Shown here in pieces: positions 27,125 through 40,099 of a stretch of DNA of 64,000 nt (position 1 is its first letter; the number at the start of each line of letters is the position of its first letter). The translations under genes were made by a program, and so were the position numbers. The DNA is from Cladosporium halotolerans. Lineage: Eukaryota. The notes under the pieces were generated by a model that had not been told where the DNA came from, searched no databases, and saw nothing but the letters and a program-made list of their open reading frames with translations. The DNA lies in the NCBI RefSeq assembly GCF_011745625.1, contig NW_027191457.1, forward strand, positions 434,001 through 498,000, in the 5' to 3' direction.

Positions 27125-30100
27125 ATTGATATAGACCAGAATGGCAGCAGAGGAATGCCAGAAAGGGATCACAAACGAGATGCAATAATTTCGCTCTGTC
27201 GGTCTAGGCGAAGCAGGTCAGTGTCAACGAAGGTGCGATGCTGTGCCTCCCTAAGCGATGTGTGGCCGCTAGGAGGGAACAGAATAGCTCTTATGCTTCG
27301 CTACCAATGCTCATCGGCGGATCCATGTGCTGGTCATTAAGGCGCTCAAAGTATCCCAACAATAATCTACACAAGCGAGGGCCTGCACGCTATCGGTGTC
27401 CGAGCCTTCGCCTACACGCGGGATCGAGACTCCAGCCCTTGTGCTGCATCAAAAGCCATTGTTAGAAGCGGTAAAACCATCACGCTGCCCTAAGGTGCAA
27501 GAGAGACCATGCGGGAAGGTTGTTGGGCCATCCCGGGGATGGTTTGCCGCCTGATGCCAGCCAATATAGTCTCTCAGAAAACCGGTGAAGTATATTTCGT
27601 GGCTGCGAATCCTTCGAGTCACCACCTGATGCAGCTGGCAGAGCTTGGAAAAAGGCTATGTGGCTGTCATTGAAGTCAAGGGTGGTGGCGTTTCCCGCCT
27701 TGCAGAAATCCAGTCAAGAATAGACGCGAGGGCGGCGGCAAGCCGGGAAGCTTCTCCTGATATTCACGCCATGTAAGCCATCCAATAAGAGAGGGATCTT
27801 GCGGCTGTGATATGGGATCATCAAACGTTCTTTCAGAGCTACACATCTGATGACCGCCATGGCTATCAGGTATTGCAAGGCGGCAGCCATTCGCTTCGTG
27901 AGCGAGCAGGAGGCAATTGCAGACGAGAGCTCGACCCATCCCTGAGAAGATCAAAATAGCGCGTATGTAAGCCACATCGAGCGGACCAGGGTGTACAGTA
28001 GTAAACAATATAGTAAATTCCCCGCAGCGTATCTGCATGTACCTGTGACCAGGCAATACTGGATCCACAAGCATCCTTCGCCTGCGGAGTGCCATGTCAC
28101 GCGTGCGAGGCCGCATGGAGAAGCGAGAGCGAGTCTTCACGACCAGGCCATCATGGCCGTGTGCATTCGGGCGTGTAACACATGCGGCTCTTTCGCGGCT
28201 ACACAAGCGCGACGGGAGCCCGGTCGTATTTGGGCTGACATGCCGAGGCGTGCCGTGCGAGTCCGCCGCAGCCATATCGCGTGGTCAGTCGGACTTCACT
28301 GCGGGGAGCCCGTTTCATCAATTTGACCTTCTGCTTCGCGTCGACGGCACGGCTGGTGGTTGTAAACGAGAAACGGCACAGCTTCTTCACGACTGCACAA
28401 GTCGGCTTGACCACGCGAAACAGGCAGGTGTTTGACTGACATGCTGCCGGCATACTCCGAGCTCAGGTGCGGCTGACGGATGAAGAGCACGCCGAGAGAG
28501 CGAAGCACTCCAGACAGCAACTCGAAGTGATTTTTGGTGCAGGCAGAGATTGATCTGAGCCCCGAAAGAGGGCTGTGTCCTGCACCGCGAGCCCATGTAC
28601 TCGGGCGGCGAGTATCCGAGAGGCAAACCGTAGGCCAAGGTGTAGGATGAGTGGCAGCCATTGGCCACGGAAGATGCCTGACAGTTCTAGACTTCCGAGC
28701 GACCCTCGAGCGACCCTCGTGTCTCTATCACCACAAGGCTGAATAAAGACAGGATCCTGCTGGTCTCACCTGAGGCGTGGGAAAGCATGTATCGCACGTG
28801 CGTACTACGTTACCCAGGTTTGCTATTCAGGAACCGCTGGTATGCCAAACAAGCGAGGGGCATCGCTTGGCCTTGGCGGTGGACGAGGGCGAGCGAGCAT
28901 TTGCTCCGACTGGCGAACCCCCTGCGCCATCAAAACCTTGGATAGGCTTCCCGCCTGCGTACATAAGCACCGTCAGCGTAGGTTTGGCCTGAACGTTAAT
29001 GATACCTGTTAGATCGCAGACAACCCATCCTCTCGGTCTGGTGATGTGCAGCAGGCGAGGCGACCGGGCGTAATATTTGCTGGGCGGTCAGCAGCCCTAT
29101 GGACCATGCACGGATAGGTGCATAGTACAGTGCATACGTGGTGCATGGCATTGCATAGCATAGGGCATCGCAGTGACAGAAATGACGGGCGTGCGTTGTG
29201 ATACGCTGGGCTGGCGCACGCTGGGGTGGCCGAAGCCGCTTCGCGTGTTGCTCCGAGGGCGTGGAAGGCGACACCACGGCTCACGCGAGATCCCGTTGCA
29301 CCGGTCGATCTACCCACCAGACAAAGGCCCGTTGCGCCAGACGCAGGCTAGGAGATCGACGTGGTATCAAGATCTGGGAGGGCTCACGCGCGCCCCCCGG
29401 TGCCTGGCGGCATTTGTCAAATTTAGCACAGCTGGCGAGGGTGAGTTTGGCGCTAGGATCCCTCGCGAGCGAAGATCTCATGCAATAGCGAGCACTGACT
29501 TGACCTCCTCCCGCGACCTGATTCGAGGCGTGGAGCAACCACTGCGCTCTGCCTGCCCCTCTCCACATCGTGCTGCGCTCGCGCCCGACGGCCGGCCTTC
29601 CTCGCGGCGGCGGCGGCCTGCTATTCCACACAGCGGCTCGCCGCAGCCTCGTATAAGGCCATCTATCCTTGCATCGAGCCGCCTGGCCGCATGGACAGCG
29701 TCGTCCAGCTGCATTGGCGTGGCGGAAGCCATTTCTTGTCGTCATGACTGCCTTTGACTAACTCGCCGGGGCTGAGATGGGGAGGCTGTCCCGGACAAGA
29801 ATCAATAGCGCCACGGCACGGAGCCTTGAGACCACTATGGTGCTTGCTTCTATAGCTTACCCCTGGTCAAGGCACATGGCATCCGGGCGTCGATCGCACG
29901 CTAGGTCCTTGCCCTGACCGAAACACCCAAACCCCAAACCCTCCTCCCTACGGGGGCGTCGACTGGCTGAGGCTGAGAGCGCTCGGCTCATCGAACAAGC
30001 TGCCCATTCGCGCACCCACTCTGGGAGACGGCTCGCATTAGCCTCAACGTCTCGCCCGTTCGAGCGTTTGGCCACCGGATGCTAGGACGCCGGTGAATCG

Positions 30101-30282
30101 TCAGGCGTAGCCATATATCATGTAAAACCTCGCCGTCTGGACGTTGGCTGATCACCAACGTCTTGTCCAAACCTCTCCTTGCGTGGGCCGTCCGTTGTCG
30201 CCCTGCAACAGTTCGTTTCTTCTTGTCTTGTCTCAATCTTAGTAGGGGACTTGATCGATCTTGTCTCTGCTCAACCACAATC

Positions 30283-32083
30283 ATGAGGTTTTCACACTTT
30301 GCAGGCCAATGCCTTCTGGCATTGTCCTCGCTGGCATCCGCATCTGTGGTCCCTGCTGTTCCTGAACACACCCTTCAAGAACGTCAGACCAAGGATTCCG
30401 CCTGCACCAATGGTCCTTTCAGCAGAGCGTGCTGGAAGAATGGGTTCAGCATTGCCACCGACTTCGATCTGAAGTACCCTACTACTGGTAAAACCGTCAC
30501 CTACGACCTGACGATCACCAACTCGACGTGCAACCCTGATGGCAATGGCGAGAGGCTTTGCTTGAAGGTCAACAACCAGTATCCTGGCCCTACCATCAGG
30601 GCCGAGTGGGGCGATCAGGTTGTTGTCAACGTGCACAACAAGATGCAGGACAACGGCACCTCAATTCACTGGCACGGTGTTCGTCAGCACAACAGCGTTG
30701 GCTCTGACGGTGTGAACGGAATTACGGAATGCCCGCTTGCTCCGGGCGACTCCAAGACCTACCGCTTCCAAGCGACTCAGTTTGGAACTTCTTGGTACCA
30801 CGCTCACTTTTCGTCTCAATACGGCGACGGAGTCGTTGGACCGATGGTCTTCGATGGTCCCGCCTCCGCCAACTACGACATCGATCTGGGACCTTACATG
30901 CTGAACGACTGGTACTACCAGACTGCCTTCCAGATCGATGCCATCACATTGCAGAACCTGCAGAACCGTGGCCCGCCGCCTTCTGGAGACAACATTCTCA
31001 TCAACGGAACGAACCAGAACGCCAAGGGCGGCGGATCTTACAACAAGGTCACGATCAAGAAGGGCAAGAAGTACCGCCTGAGGCTGATCAACATCTCTGT
31101 CGACAACAACATCCGCGTTTCTCTCGACAACCACATGATGCAGGTCATGACTTCTGATTTCATTCCGATCAAGCCGTACTACACCGAGTGGCTCCTGATC
31201 GCGATTGGCCAGCGCTACGACGTCGTGATCAACGCCAACCAGACGGCCGGCAACTATTGGTTCCGCGCCAACGTTGCAACCGACTGCTTGAGCGCCAACA
31301 AGAACAACGCCCGCGCTATCTGGTCCTACGACACGATCACCGCCGGGACCCCGACCAGCAACTCCTACACCCAACCCTCTGTCTGCACCGAGCCGACCAA
31401 CCTCGCCCCGTACTGGAAGCAGCCCGTCCCCACCGGATCGTTCGCGAACAAGCCCATGAACGTCAACTTCACCCGTGCTAAGCTCTATGAGAACGGTGAC
31501 ACCCTCACCGTCTGGGCCATCAACACCAGCTCCATCAACGTCGCGTGGGAGAACCCCACCATCTCTTACCTCATGGACGGCAACACCAGCTACCCTAACA
31601 AGCTCAACGTCGTCCCTACCGTCAACGAGGGCGCCTGGAACTACTGGCTCATCCAAGCCGTCCAGGGCCTGGCCCCAGTCCCTCACCCCATGCGTAAGTC
31701 AGCTCGTAATCGACCAGCCACAAAACCAATGCTAATGGAAACTCCCAGACCTCCACGGCCACGACTACTTCGTCATCGGCCAAGGCCGCGGCGTCTACGA
31801 CCCCAGCACCGCCGTGCTGAACTGGAACACTCCCCCGCGCCGCGACACTGCGACTCTGCCCGGCGGCGGCTGGCTCGCCATCGCCTTCCCCTCCAACAAC
31901 CCGGGCACCTGGCTGCTCCACTGCCACATCGCGTGGCACATCAGCGAGGGCCTCGGCATGCAGTTCCTCGAGATGCCCGACAAGATCACCTACCCGCCCA
32001 CCGAGGAGTACCAGCGCACCTGCACGAACTGGAACAACTACGCGAAGAACGCTTTCTACAAGAAGCACGATTCTGGCTTGTAG
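30283..32083 (+). CDS. Laccase (AA1 multicopper oxidase, ascomycete DSGL type); exons 30283-31693 and 31749-32083
   Basis: Signal peptide from ATG 30283; copper motifs HWHG, WYHAH, spliced HPMHLHGH, HCHIAWHISEGL (axial Leu); C-terminal DSGL*. Confidence 0.95.
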
Positions 32084-33507
32084 TTCCAGCGTTTTATCCG
32101 AGCTTCTCAGCTTTTTCGTATGCATTTTGGGCGGGGCGGCTAGCATCTGGTGTACTTTCCCACACCATCCTTTTCCCTTTCCCTCTCTACTACGATTTCG
32201 TATTTGTTTCTGTCAAAGGCATCCAAAAAGGTCCAGACTTTTTGGCTGACCTCGGACATTTTTTTTTTGGGCGCGAAAAAACGAACGATGCATATTTTGA
32301 CGATCCAGACGATCCGTCAAAACGACGATCTTGGGGCAACTTGCAAAACCCACCATAAATAAACCTGAATAATGCCACATCGAAACAATCCAATCCCATG
32401 ACAAAGATTCCCATCCGGGCAATTCAGTCTCGTTCTCGCCTTCTCGATCACGAGGAAAAAAGCCCACAAACCCACATTATTTCGCCACTCTCCATCACGC
32501 TACGAAGAACAAAAGACATACTTTCGTTTCGTTGAGGCCCGCAGTGGTGCTTCGGACGTCCGAAGAAGCACACGCCAGGCGGTCGATAGCGCGCTGTGGG
32601 GATTGCCTAATTGAGGAGCACGGGCGGTGGGCTGGCGGGAGGATGTGAGCCTGGCGTTGGTGTGAGGGCCGTGCGTGAGGCTGATGCAGGGGTGGGGGAG
32701 CGAGCGAGGAGATCTGGCGGAGATGTTAAGCGCGGTGCAGGGTGCTCGTGTGATGGGAGATGGGGTGTTCTGGCGTTCGATATGGTGGCGTGAGCGGGTG
32801 GCCTTGGTTGTTAGCGATCGGTGCTTCCTTTGTGGATGCAGAGCAGGGCGAGGAAGGGGATCGGAGCGGGCGAGGCGGCCGTCTCGTGTTTTATGTTTTG
32901 CGGTGAGCAGATTTGCGAGAGTTCGTGAGGTCGATTGAGGAGGTAGCCAGCTACCGAGTGGTTCAAGTATAGGTTGCATGCATTGACTGTCGTGATTATG
33001 ATCAGGACGTGTGTTCTGTTGTAATCCAGTGATCGCCGTGCCTGTTGGAAATTCTCCGTGGTGCAGCACCCTGCAGGTGTTCGCTTTCCCAAGAACCAGG
33101 TCAAGACTGCATGCCCTGCTGTTGATCAAACAGGTAATATCGCAAGGATGAAGGGAGTAATTATGACACCTCTTTATATGAGGTTGCAGGGGGAAAGGTC
33201 GTCGTACATGCCTATCACGCGGAAGTAGTGCAACTACACCGCAATGGACTGGAAATTGCATTATGGCCAAAGAATTTCTTGGAACACTCCAATTGTTTGT
33301 ATAGATCTCCTCTGGACATCCAAGAGATGCCTGCGACATGTGCGTTCCAACATCAGTATAGCCTCGCGGAACGGCGCTAGTAAACTTTATTTCTGGGCTT
33401 CACCGGATTTTTCGAACAAATTATTTCAGATGATTGGTGATCTAATAGCTAGAGAATCAAATTAAATCCCTGGATAAACAATAAAACACCATTGTAAAGC
33501 GACAACC

Positions 33508-34263
33508 ATGACCGACCGTCACGGCCAGACGCTAGAAGTGTCAATCAGCGACACCGAACAAATCGGCATCAGCATCCTAGAGCCCAAAGACAGCATATCA
33601 GACAACCTCGCACTAGCGACCTGGGGCGCATCCTTCATCCTCGCCAACCAACTCTACAAAATCGACGTCTCCGAAGCCCTCAAGATCACACAAAATCGCC
33701 AACCCCGACAACCCGGCAAACCCCCTTGCTCCCCCATCCTCGAGCTCGGCGCCGGCACCGCCCTCGTAGGCCTCACGGCCGCCATCCTCTGGAAGCGCGA
33801 CGCGATTCTAACCGACCTGCCCAACATCGTGCACGGCACCGCCGCGACAGTCGGCGCCAACGCTCACGCGCTCGCGGCCGCCGGCGCGAAAATTCACTGC
33901 GGCTCGCTGGACTGGATCTCGCCCTCTTCACTATCCTTCCACGCACCTAGTGCCGGAAAGCTACCTGACCTGACGCCAGGCGCGCACAAGTTCCCCATCA
34001 TCCTAGCCGCGGACGTGGTGTACGACGAGGAGCACCCGGACCTGCTGCTGCAGACTGTGCGGGCGTGGCTGGCGCCGGGCAGGACGTCGCGGTTCGTGCT
34101 GGCGTACGTGCTGCGACATGCGTATCTGGATGTGATTAGGGATTTGTGGGCGAAGTTTGAGGAGGCGGGGTTGGAGTGTGTTGAGGAGGGGCAGACGACG
34201 GGGGATGCGAGTTGGGATGAGATGGCGCCGTATGAGTGGTGTAGTTGGAGGTGGAAGAGCTGA
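33508..34263 (+). CDS. Seven-beta-strand protein-lysine methyltransferase (Methyltransf_16 family, Efm2-like)
   Basis: DNLALATWGASFILA, ILELGAGTALVGL, LTDLP, LDW, ILAADVVY. Confidence 0.82.
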   Translation: MTDRHGQTLEVSISDTEQIGISILEPKDSISDNLALATWGASFILANQLYKIDVSEALKITQNRQPRQPGKPPCSPILELGAGTALVGLTAAILWKRDAILTDLPNIVHGTAATVGANAHALAAAGAKIHCGSLDWISPSSLSFHAPSAGKLPDLTPGAHKFPIILAADVVYDEEHPDLLLQTVRAWLAPGRTSRFVLAYVLRHAYLDVIRDLWAKFEEAGLECVEEGQTTGDASWDEMAPYEWCSWRWKS

Positions 34264-34732
34264 GGGGGTCTTGGCCGGGAATCATCTAGATTAGGATCTA
34301 TCTGTTCGTGTAGAGCAGTGATTGTACCTGGCTGTGATAATTGCGGGCACGACGAAGTTGCTCAGGTCTACGCAAAGGCAGGGAGCGGACGGGCATCCTG
34401 CTGCAAAGATCTCCTTGATGACTCTTTTGTCAGAGTATTCGCCAGGACCAGATGGTGCACTTTACGCAAGAGGCACGGCCAGGTTGCTCTTCCTGAGCAG
34501 CAGTAAAGGGCCAGGAATCATGATGGGCCTGCGAAGAGAAGGAAAATGCTTCGTCTGAACTCATTAAAGAGCTCTGAGCTCCAAAAATCGCAATGCAGTG
34601 TAATCAGCCGCTGGAGTCTGTGTACACCAGCACGGCCAAAAAAATGTTTGCCCCCCCTCGCAAGAAAGTTATGGTATCATGATCAAACGCCCATCAAACC
34701 CGCATCTCCAATCTTCCGTATCCCAAACCACC

Positions 34733-35435
34733 TCATCCCACAGTCCTCACCCTCCCACCAGCACCCGCACCCCTCTGCAGTCTAAACGCACTCTGCTCTG
34801 CCGCCGCCGCCGGCTCCGCACTAAACAGCGTCTGCAAATACAGTCCAACAAATCTGACCACCGTCTGCGGCAGCCCGGTTCCCTGCCCATACGCCGCGGG
34901 ACTGCTGACCGCGCCGCCAAAGTTGGGCATGCTCGAGCCCGTCGACGCAGAGGGCGTCGAAGCGGAGCCGAGCGTCTGGCCCTTGCCGGAGAAGAAGGCG
35001 CCGGACGCGCCGCCGGCTTTGGCGGCGTCGGCGGCGGCGGAGAGGACGGCGGTGCGCAGGGCGGTCGGATTTGCGCCGCGGATCGTCTGCTGGACGTGGG
35101 TGCCTTTGAGGATCAGGAAGGTGGGCATGCTGGGTTTGCAAGGGCGGGTTAGCTTTGTGATGCTTGCGCTGCGCTTTGCGCGGAAGAGAGGGAGGGAGGG
35201 CTTACGCGGAAACGCCATAGTTGCCGGCGATCTCGCGCTGTGAGTCCACGTTGACTTTGGCGAAGGCGAGCTTGCCTGGCTTGCTTTCCGCGGCGGCGAG
35301 CTGCTCGAAGACAGGCGAGATCACTTTGCACGGGCCGCACCAGTCCGCGTAGAAGTCGACTACGGTGTAGGTTGAGGAGGATGTGATTGTGCGGAAGTGG
35401 GCGGTGGAGGTGACGGAGGTGACTTTGGAGGACAT
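34733..35435 (-). CDS. Thioredoxin with C-terminal extension; exons 35435-35206 and 35129-34733, about 208 aa
   Basis: VVDFYADWCGPCK. Intron GTAAGC...CTAAC...CAG restores YGVSAMPTF. Then IRGANP, FFSGKGQTLG, VVRFVGLYLQTLFS, GRVRTVG*. Confidence 0.9.
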
Positions 35436-35862
35436 CTTGGAAAGCGGTGCCCGGTCTTGGGGAAGAGCGCGTTGTGGGTAGGTGGTGTAGGAGAGGAGAG
35501 AGTTATCCTGAGGTTTTAGGCAGCTGAGGCAAGTTGACGTTCATGTGAATGTGGGGTGCTGTGGCTGAAGCTGGCTCTCATGGAATGCGATCAACGACGA
35601 TGACGGAACACATAGATGACGATCCCACACGTGCAAACGGCTTAAGGAATCAACAACCTCTATACTCTGAAACTCTTCAAGCGCAAGACAGAAAGGGTAT
35701 CAATTTCGACACGCTATTTACCATTCCTCAAACAGCTCTGAATCCTCATCAACCAAGCATATGCTCCCGCCAGAAGTTAAACATCGATCTTGCTTTTGAA
35801 AGCCGTATAAATCATCTTTCATGATCTACTCATCTTTTCCGAAGCTAACGTCTCCCAAAACT

Positions 35863-37690
35863 CTAAAGGTCGATCAAGCTTCCGCCGCCCTGCTGTTGCT
35901 GACCCTGCTGCCCAGGCCTAGCACCGAAAGGGTTGTTGTTCTGGGGTGCGCCGAAACCAGTCTGGTTAGGGAACTGTGTGGCTGGCATGCCAGTGAATTG
36001 ACCCTGCAGGGGTTGCTGTCCGCCCTGGTTGAAGAAGGGGTTGTTGCCTGTCTTCGAGGCTTCTAGACGTCCCATAGACCCAGCGCCGGCTGAGTTGACG
36101 AAAGTGCCGGGCGCGGTGTGCTGAGCGGGAATGCGCATGTCGCCAACGTTGCCGAAGGTGTCTTGGCCTTCGCCGCTGGCGAGAAGAGCGTTGAGGCGTG
36201 ACTGGTAGGGATCTTGGGTATTTTGTTGCTGGAGTGGGGGTGCGGGCTGCTGCTTCTGAGCAGGGGAAGGAGAGAAATTTGCGATTGGGTTGGGGCGTGC
36301 ATTGAACTGGTTCGCAGTTTGTTGTTCTTGCAGGCTCGAAAGTGTGGGTGCCTTGGGAGTGGTCGACTGGGGAGGACGGTGAGTAGCGAAAGGGTTGTTG
36401 CTGCCTGTTGGCTGAGCGGCGATCGGAGACTGTGTCTGGGAGGGGGCTGCCCAAGGGTTGTTTGAGCCCGCTGGAGTCGCAGTCTGCTGTTCCTGAATCG
36501 GCTGCTGCTGTTGCTGTTGTTGACCGAAGCCATTCATCTGCTGCGCCCACGGATTGTACGTATTCTGAGGCTGCAGAAACTGAGACTGAGGTTGCTGCAT
36601 AGTCTCGTATCCTGTTTGCTGAGGCTGCTGGTACCCAAACCCACCACCGTATCCATTCTGGAAACCAGTCTGTTGAGGTTGCATACCCGTAGGCTGGTTG
36701 TATGCGTTGTTCAAAAAGCCAGTCTGCTGGGGCTGCTGTTGCTGAACGGGGTTGCCAAACCAGTCAACAGCCGCCTGTTGCTGATAGCCTTGGTTGAAGC
36801 CAGTTGGCTGGGCCGCCTGGGCAGGGGTGTCGTCGAAAAGGAGGTTGGCTTGGGTTTGGTCATCCTGCTCACGCTTTCGCAGCTCTTCCTCCTCCTTGCT
36901 CAGTTTGATTGCCTTGGCGAGGTCATCATCGTTGTCCTCGGCGTTGGGCTGCGGTCTCCTCTTCGCGGCTTCGTCGGCCTCATTCTTACTGGCCTCTAGG
37001 GCTAGGCGGTACTCGAGATCGTTGTCATCATTGTCATTGGTGCGTGCGCGTTGCCTGTGCGGAATCGAGGGCTCGCCCTGGTAACCACCCATGGCACCCA
37101 TGTCCTCGAGGCCGGTGACGCGCGACTTCCAAGAGCCGCGGTTTGCGCGCTCGGCGCGCAGGCGTTCCTCATCCATGATGAGCGACGTGAGCTCTTTCGC
37201 GGAGTGACGAACTGTAATTTGTTAGCTGGATAGTGCTGATGGGTCAGTGGAGGAACCCAGACGTACTGCTCGCGCCGACATCGCGTCCTTCCTCGTCGAG
37301 GTAGATGAACTCCCTCAATGTCTTGATGATGTATACGTTCTTCCGGGCCCAAGTCACGACAAGCTCACTGCCCTCGTGCAAGCAGTAGTCCAGCACTTTC
37401 AAACTCTTGAGCACGTGTCGCCAGTTCTTGCCCTTGTCGTTGAGGCGCTTGTCGAGCATGTCCATGACCTCGTAGAAGTCGGTGCTGCTGTTGTAGGTGA
37501 TGCGGGCAATGTCGGCCATGTCGGTGCCCGTGGGGCCCCACGGATCGTTGGAGGTAGCTGGAGGCCACTGTCAGTTGCTGCACTCCGGCGCGGGATGGTG
37601 CGATTGTGCTGGCATACCATTGCGAACCTTGACCTGGACCGAGGAGTAGCCCTTGGTGACGTTCTTTACGCTGCGAAGGACTTGCGACAT
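35863..37690 (-). CDS. ENT1: Epsin (Ent1/Ent2), three exons
   Basis: MSQVLRSVKNVTKGYS, TSNDPWGP, KRLNDKGKNWRHVLKSL (ENTH); two UIM-like motifs (LALEASK, LAKAIKLSKEE); QxTG repeats; NPF motifs; C-terminal clathrin box LIDL. Confidence 0.95.
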
Positions 37691-38476
37691 GGCTGCGGGT
37701 CGCGGCTGAAGATGCGCGCGAGAACTTGAGGGGGTGTGGTGGAAGAGGGCTGACTGGAGTCACGGCGGAGTGTGCAGTCTGGAGATTGTGCCCTATGGTG
37801 CTGCGTGCTGGACAAGCGGCGGCTCGCGGCTGGGGAAGGCGAGAGATGAGATGCGGGCTGACGTATGGAGACGCGGCCGTGCGCGGTCTGCAGCAGTCTT
37901 CACGCGGGCAATTGGAGGAGCGGCGAGCGGGCGGAAGAGCAATGGATGGTAAGGAAGGCGGCGGATGTAAGTGAAGTGCGCATGGTACCTAAGGCAAATG
38001 TGGTGCGCTGCGCCTTGTGCTGTATGCGCGGCGTCTGCCAGACACGTATGCGCTCATGTGGCGACTGCTTGGCTGTCACAGCCACTCATCTCTGCTAAGC
38101 AATTGGTACAGTAGTGGTGGAAAGGGTCTCCCGAGGCATGCATTCATTGCTCAATAGAGCGTGTGAATTTTCAAATTAAACCTTTGGCTATACGCGGTTC
38201 ATACTACCGCTCAACGCATACAGAGCTATTTCTATTGGAGGTTACTTGCAAACTGAGCCCTATGAGCTTGAAGTATGCTCATCCAGCCATCTTGCTTATT
38301 CATGTACCGTTGCGCCGTTGCCATGCCAGTCGTAATCGTAAGACCGCAGCCTCTTCATCAAACGCCATGCTCGTCTATCAAAATCCCGGATCACGCCGGA
38401 AAATGCGCGGTTTCTCTTCCATCGCGAGCCATTCCATCAATGCCGGGTTCCTTATAGCTCTCGCCTGCGAGTTTTC

Positions 38477-39694
38477 CTAATACTCGCGAGGCTCGAACGA
38501 TTCTTCTGGTCCGCCTGCGAAGCGAACCTGTCCCATACCTTGCAGGATGGAGCGGTCCCTGGTCGAGCGCTCGCGCTGTACCATGTGGAACTTCGATGCC
38601 AGGGCTTGCGTCTCACTTACAGACCGTGTGAGAGCGGCAAGGAGAGATGTGAGGTGGACATCTTGCTGCTCCCGGGTTGCGGCCTGATGTATAGAAGACA
38701 CAGGCGCTTGATCGACATCAGTTCCCGACGTTACTGCTGTGGGCGGTGCAAGCAGCGGGAGACGCGATACGAGAGAGTTGATGTGACGGAGCAGTGCGTA
38801 GTTTGTGCCGTCGGCTGGTAAAGTAGTTGAGGATGCATCCGTCAAGTAGCTTTCAGGTAAGGAGGTCAGATATGAGCGGATGAGGTTGATCCGCTGGTTG
38901 AGCATCTTGATCGCATTGGCCTTGGCGGTGAGAGAGGATATGAGCTCGTCGTCCTCACGGCTCAACACGTTTGAAGAGGTCGGATCGATCTCGCCGTCAT
39001 CTTTGTCGTCTTTTGCCCTGCTCTTTCCTTTGGTTTTCTTCTCTCTCGTGCTGGACTCAGCGCCACCCGCAGGCTGGACACCCGGCACTGCCGTAGCGTT
39101 TCCACCGCCCTTCGCCACAAAGTCCACACCGATCATTTCTGCGTCGCCCGTCTCCACCTCAAAGCTCAGTTCGCGGAAATGGATGTCTGTTTGCTCGCCG
39201 ACAGGCTCCTGGTAGGGCTCGAAAAGCCCGATCGGCAGCTTGCCTCCCTCCATCTTGTCCACCATGTCCAGCTGGAATAGCAGCAGCATGACATTGTCGT
39301 TACCTACCAAAGATTGTGCTTGTCTCAGAGCCGGTAGGTGTGCGGGTTGCGGGCCATTTGCAGGACCTGACATGAACATCGCGACGAGGTCTAGTGCAGG
39401 CGCCTTGTGCACCTCGCGGTACTGCTCCACGCGCTGATTGAACCATTCGCTATCGAGTGGCGCATCTTCATTTTGTGAAATCTTGCATTCGAAGGCGTGC
39501 TCGAGGGTGAAATTGCGCCCGTTCTGCTGGCCAAAAATCGCGCCTACGATTGGGCCTTCCTGACGGCGGAGAGTGTGTCTTGTGATGTAGTCGGAGACAG
39601 TGAGGAGAACGAGAGGATGGAGTTGGACGGAGACGGGCGCATCGGAAGGTTTGTTGGTGACGAGCGGATTCGAGTTCGCTTTCTTGCCTGCCAT
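38477..39694 (-). CDS. CSN6: COP9 signalosome subunit 6 (MPN- domain)
   Basis: NPLV...VQLHPLVLLTVSDYITRH, GAIFGQQNGR, FEVETGDAEMIGVDFVA, LTAKANAIKML. The start could be 39694 or 39703. Confidence 0.9.
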   Translation of the reverse strand: MAGKKANSNPLVTNKPSDAPVSVQLHPLVLLTVSDYITRHTLRRQEGPIVGAIFGQQNGRNFTLEHAFECKISQNEDAPLDSEWFNQRVEQYREVHKAPALDLVAMFMSGPANGPQPAHLPALRQAQSLVGNDNVMLLLFQLDMVDKMEGGKLPIGLFEPYQEPVGEQTDIHFRELSFEVETGDAEMIGVDFVAKGGGNATAVPGVQPAGGAESSTREKKTKGKSRAKDDKDDGEIDPTSSNVLSREDDELISSLTAKANAIKMLNQRINLIRSYLTSLPESYLTDASSTTLPADGTNYALLRHINSLVSRLPLLAPPTAVTSGTDVDQAPVSSIHQAATREQQDVHLTSLLAALTRSVSETQALASKFHMVQRERSTRDRSILQGMGQVRFAGGPEESFEPREY

Positions 39695-40099
39695 GTTGGG
39701 CATGCGAGTGGTCTGGCCAGCGATGGTAGTGTAGCGAGTGTCTGTTTGGCTGGTCAAGTCAGTGCTTGGGCCGGCGTTTGACGAGCTCGAAGCTCGAGGC
39801 ATCCAACGGCGCTTTGGACCCTGGCACGTCATCGTCGCGACCGACTCATTCACTTGCATTTCTTCGCTGCGAAGATCCTCTCTCTTTGGATGACCAAGTT
39901 AAGATTATACAAATTGCTGTCTTCACGCGTTCAGCGACTGCGTATTCCCTGGGTACAATACCTCCTTCTCTCTTTTCCATTGCACTGAACCTGCACTGGC
40001 ACCATATCGCGCCTATCACGCGCAACCACGAGCCTACGGCAAAACCGTCTCAACCTCGCTTGCATCCTTGCATTCCTCCTGATCGCACTCCTACATAAC

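Noticed and set aside
28696..28719. Tandem CGAGCGACCCT x2, and an imperfect hairpin near 60488-60535
   Set aside because: Too short or imperfect to distinguish from chance.
29543..29580. Two TGCGCTC metal-response-like elements upstream of the laccase
   Set aside because: A 7-bp degenerate motif that is common by chance in GC-rich DNA; no independent support.
30163..32358. 731-aa laccase ORF as given in the track
   Set aside because: It reads through the intron at 31694-31748 into the wrong frame and starts upstream of the signal peptide; the spliced model restores HLHGH, HCHIAWH and DSGL.
32500..33339. 279-aa minus-strand ORF between the laccase and the methyltransferase
   Set aside because: No domain, low-complexity skew-driven composition and no convincing splice model.
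34694..34735. TGA stop of the thioredoxin/SelK-like protein as possible selenocysteine
   Set aside because: Dikarya are not known to have Sec machinery, I saw no SECIS-like element, and the read-through context has no redox motif.
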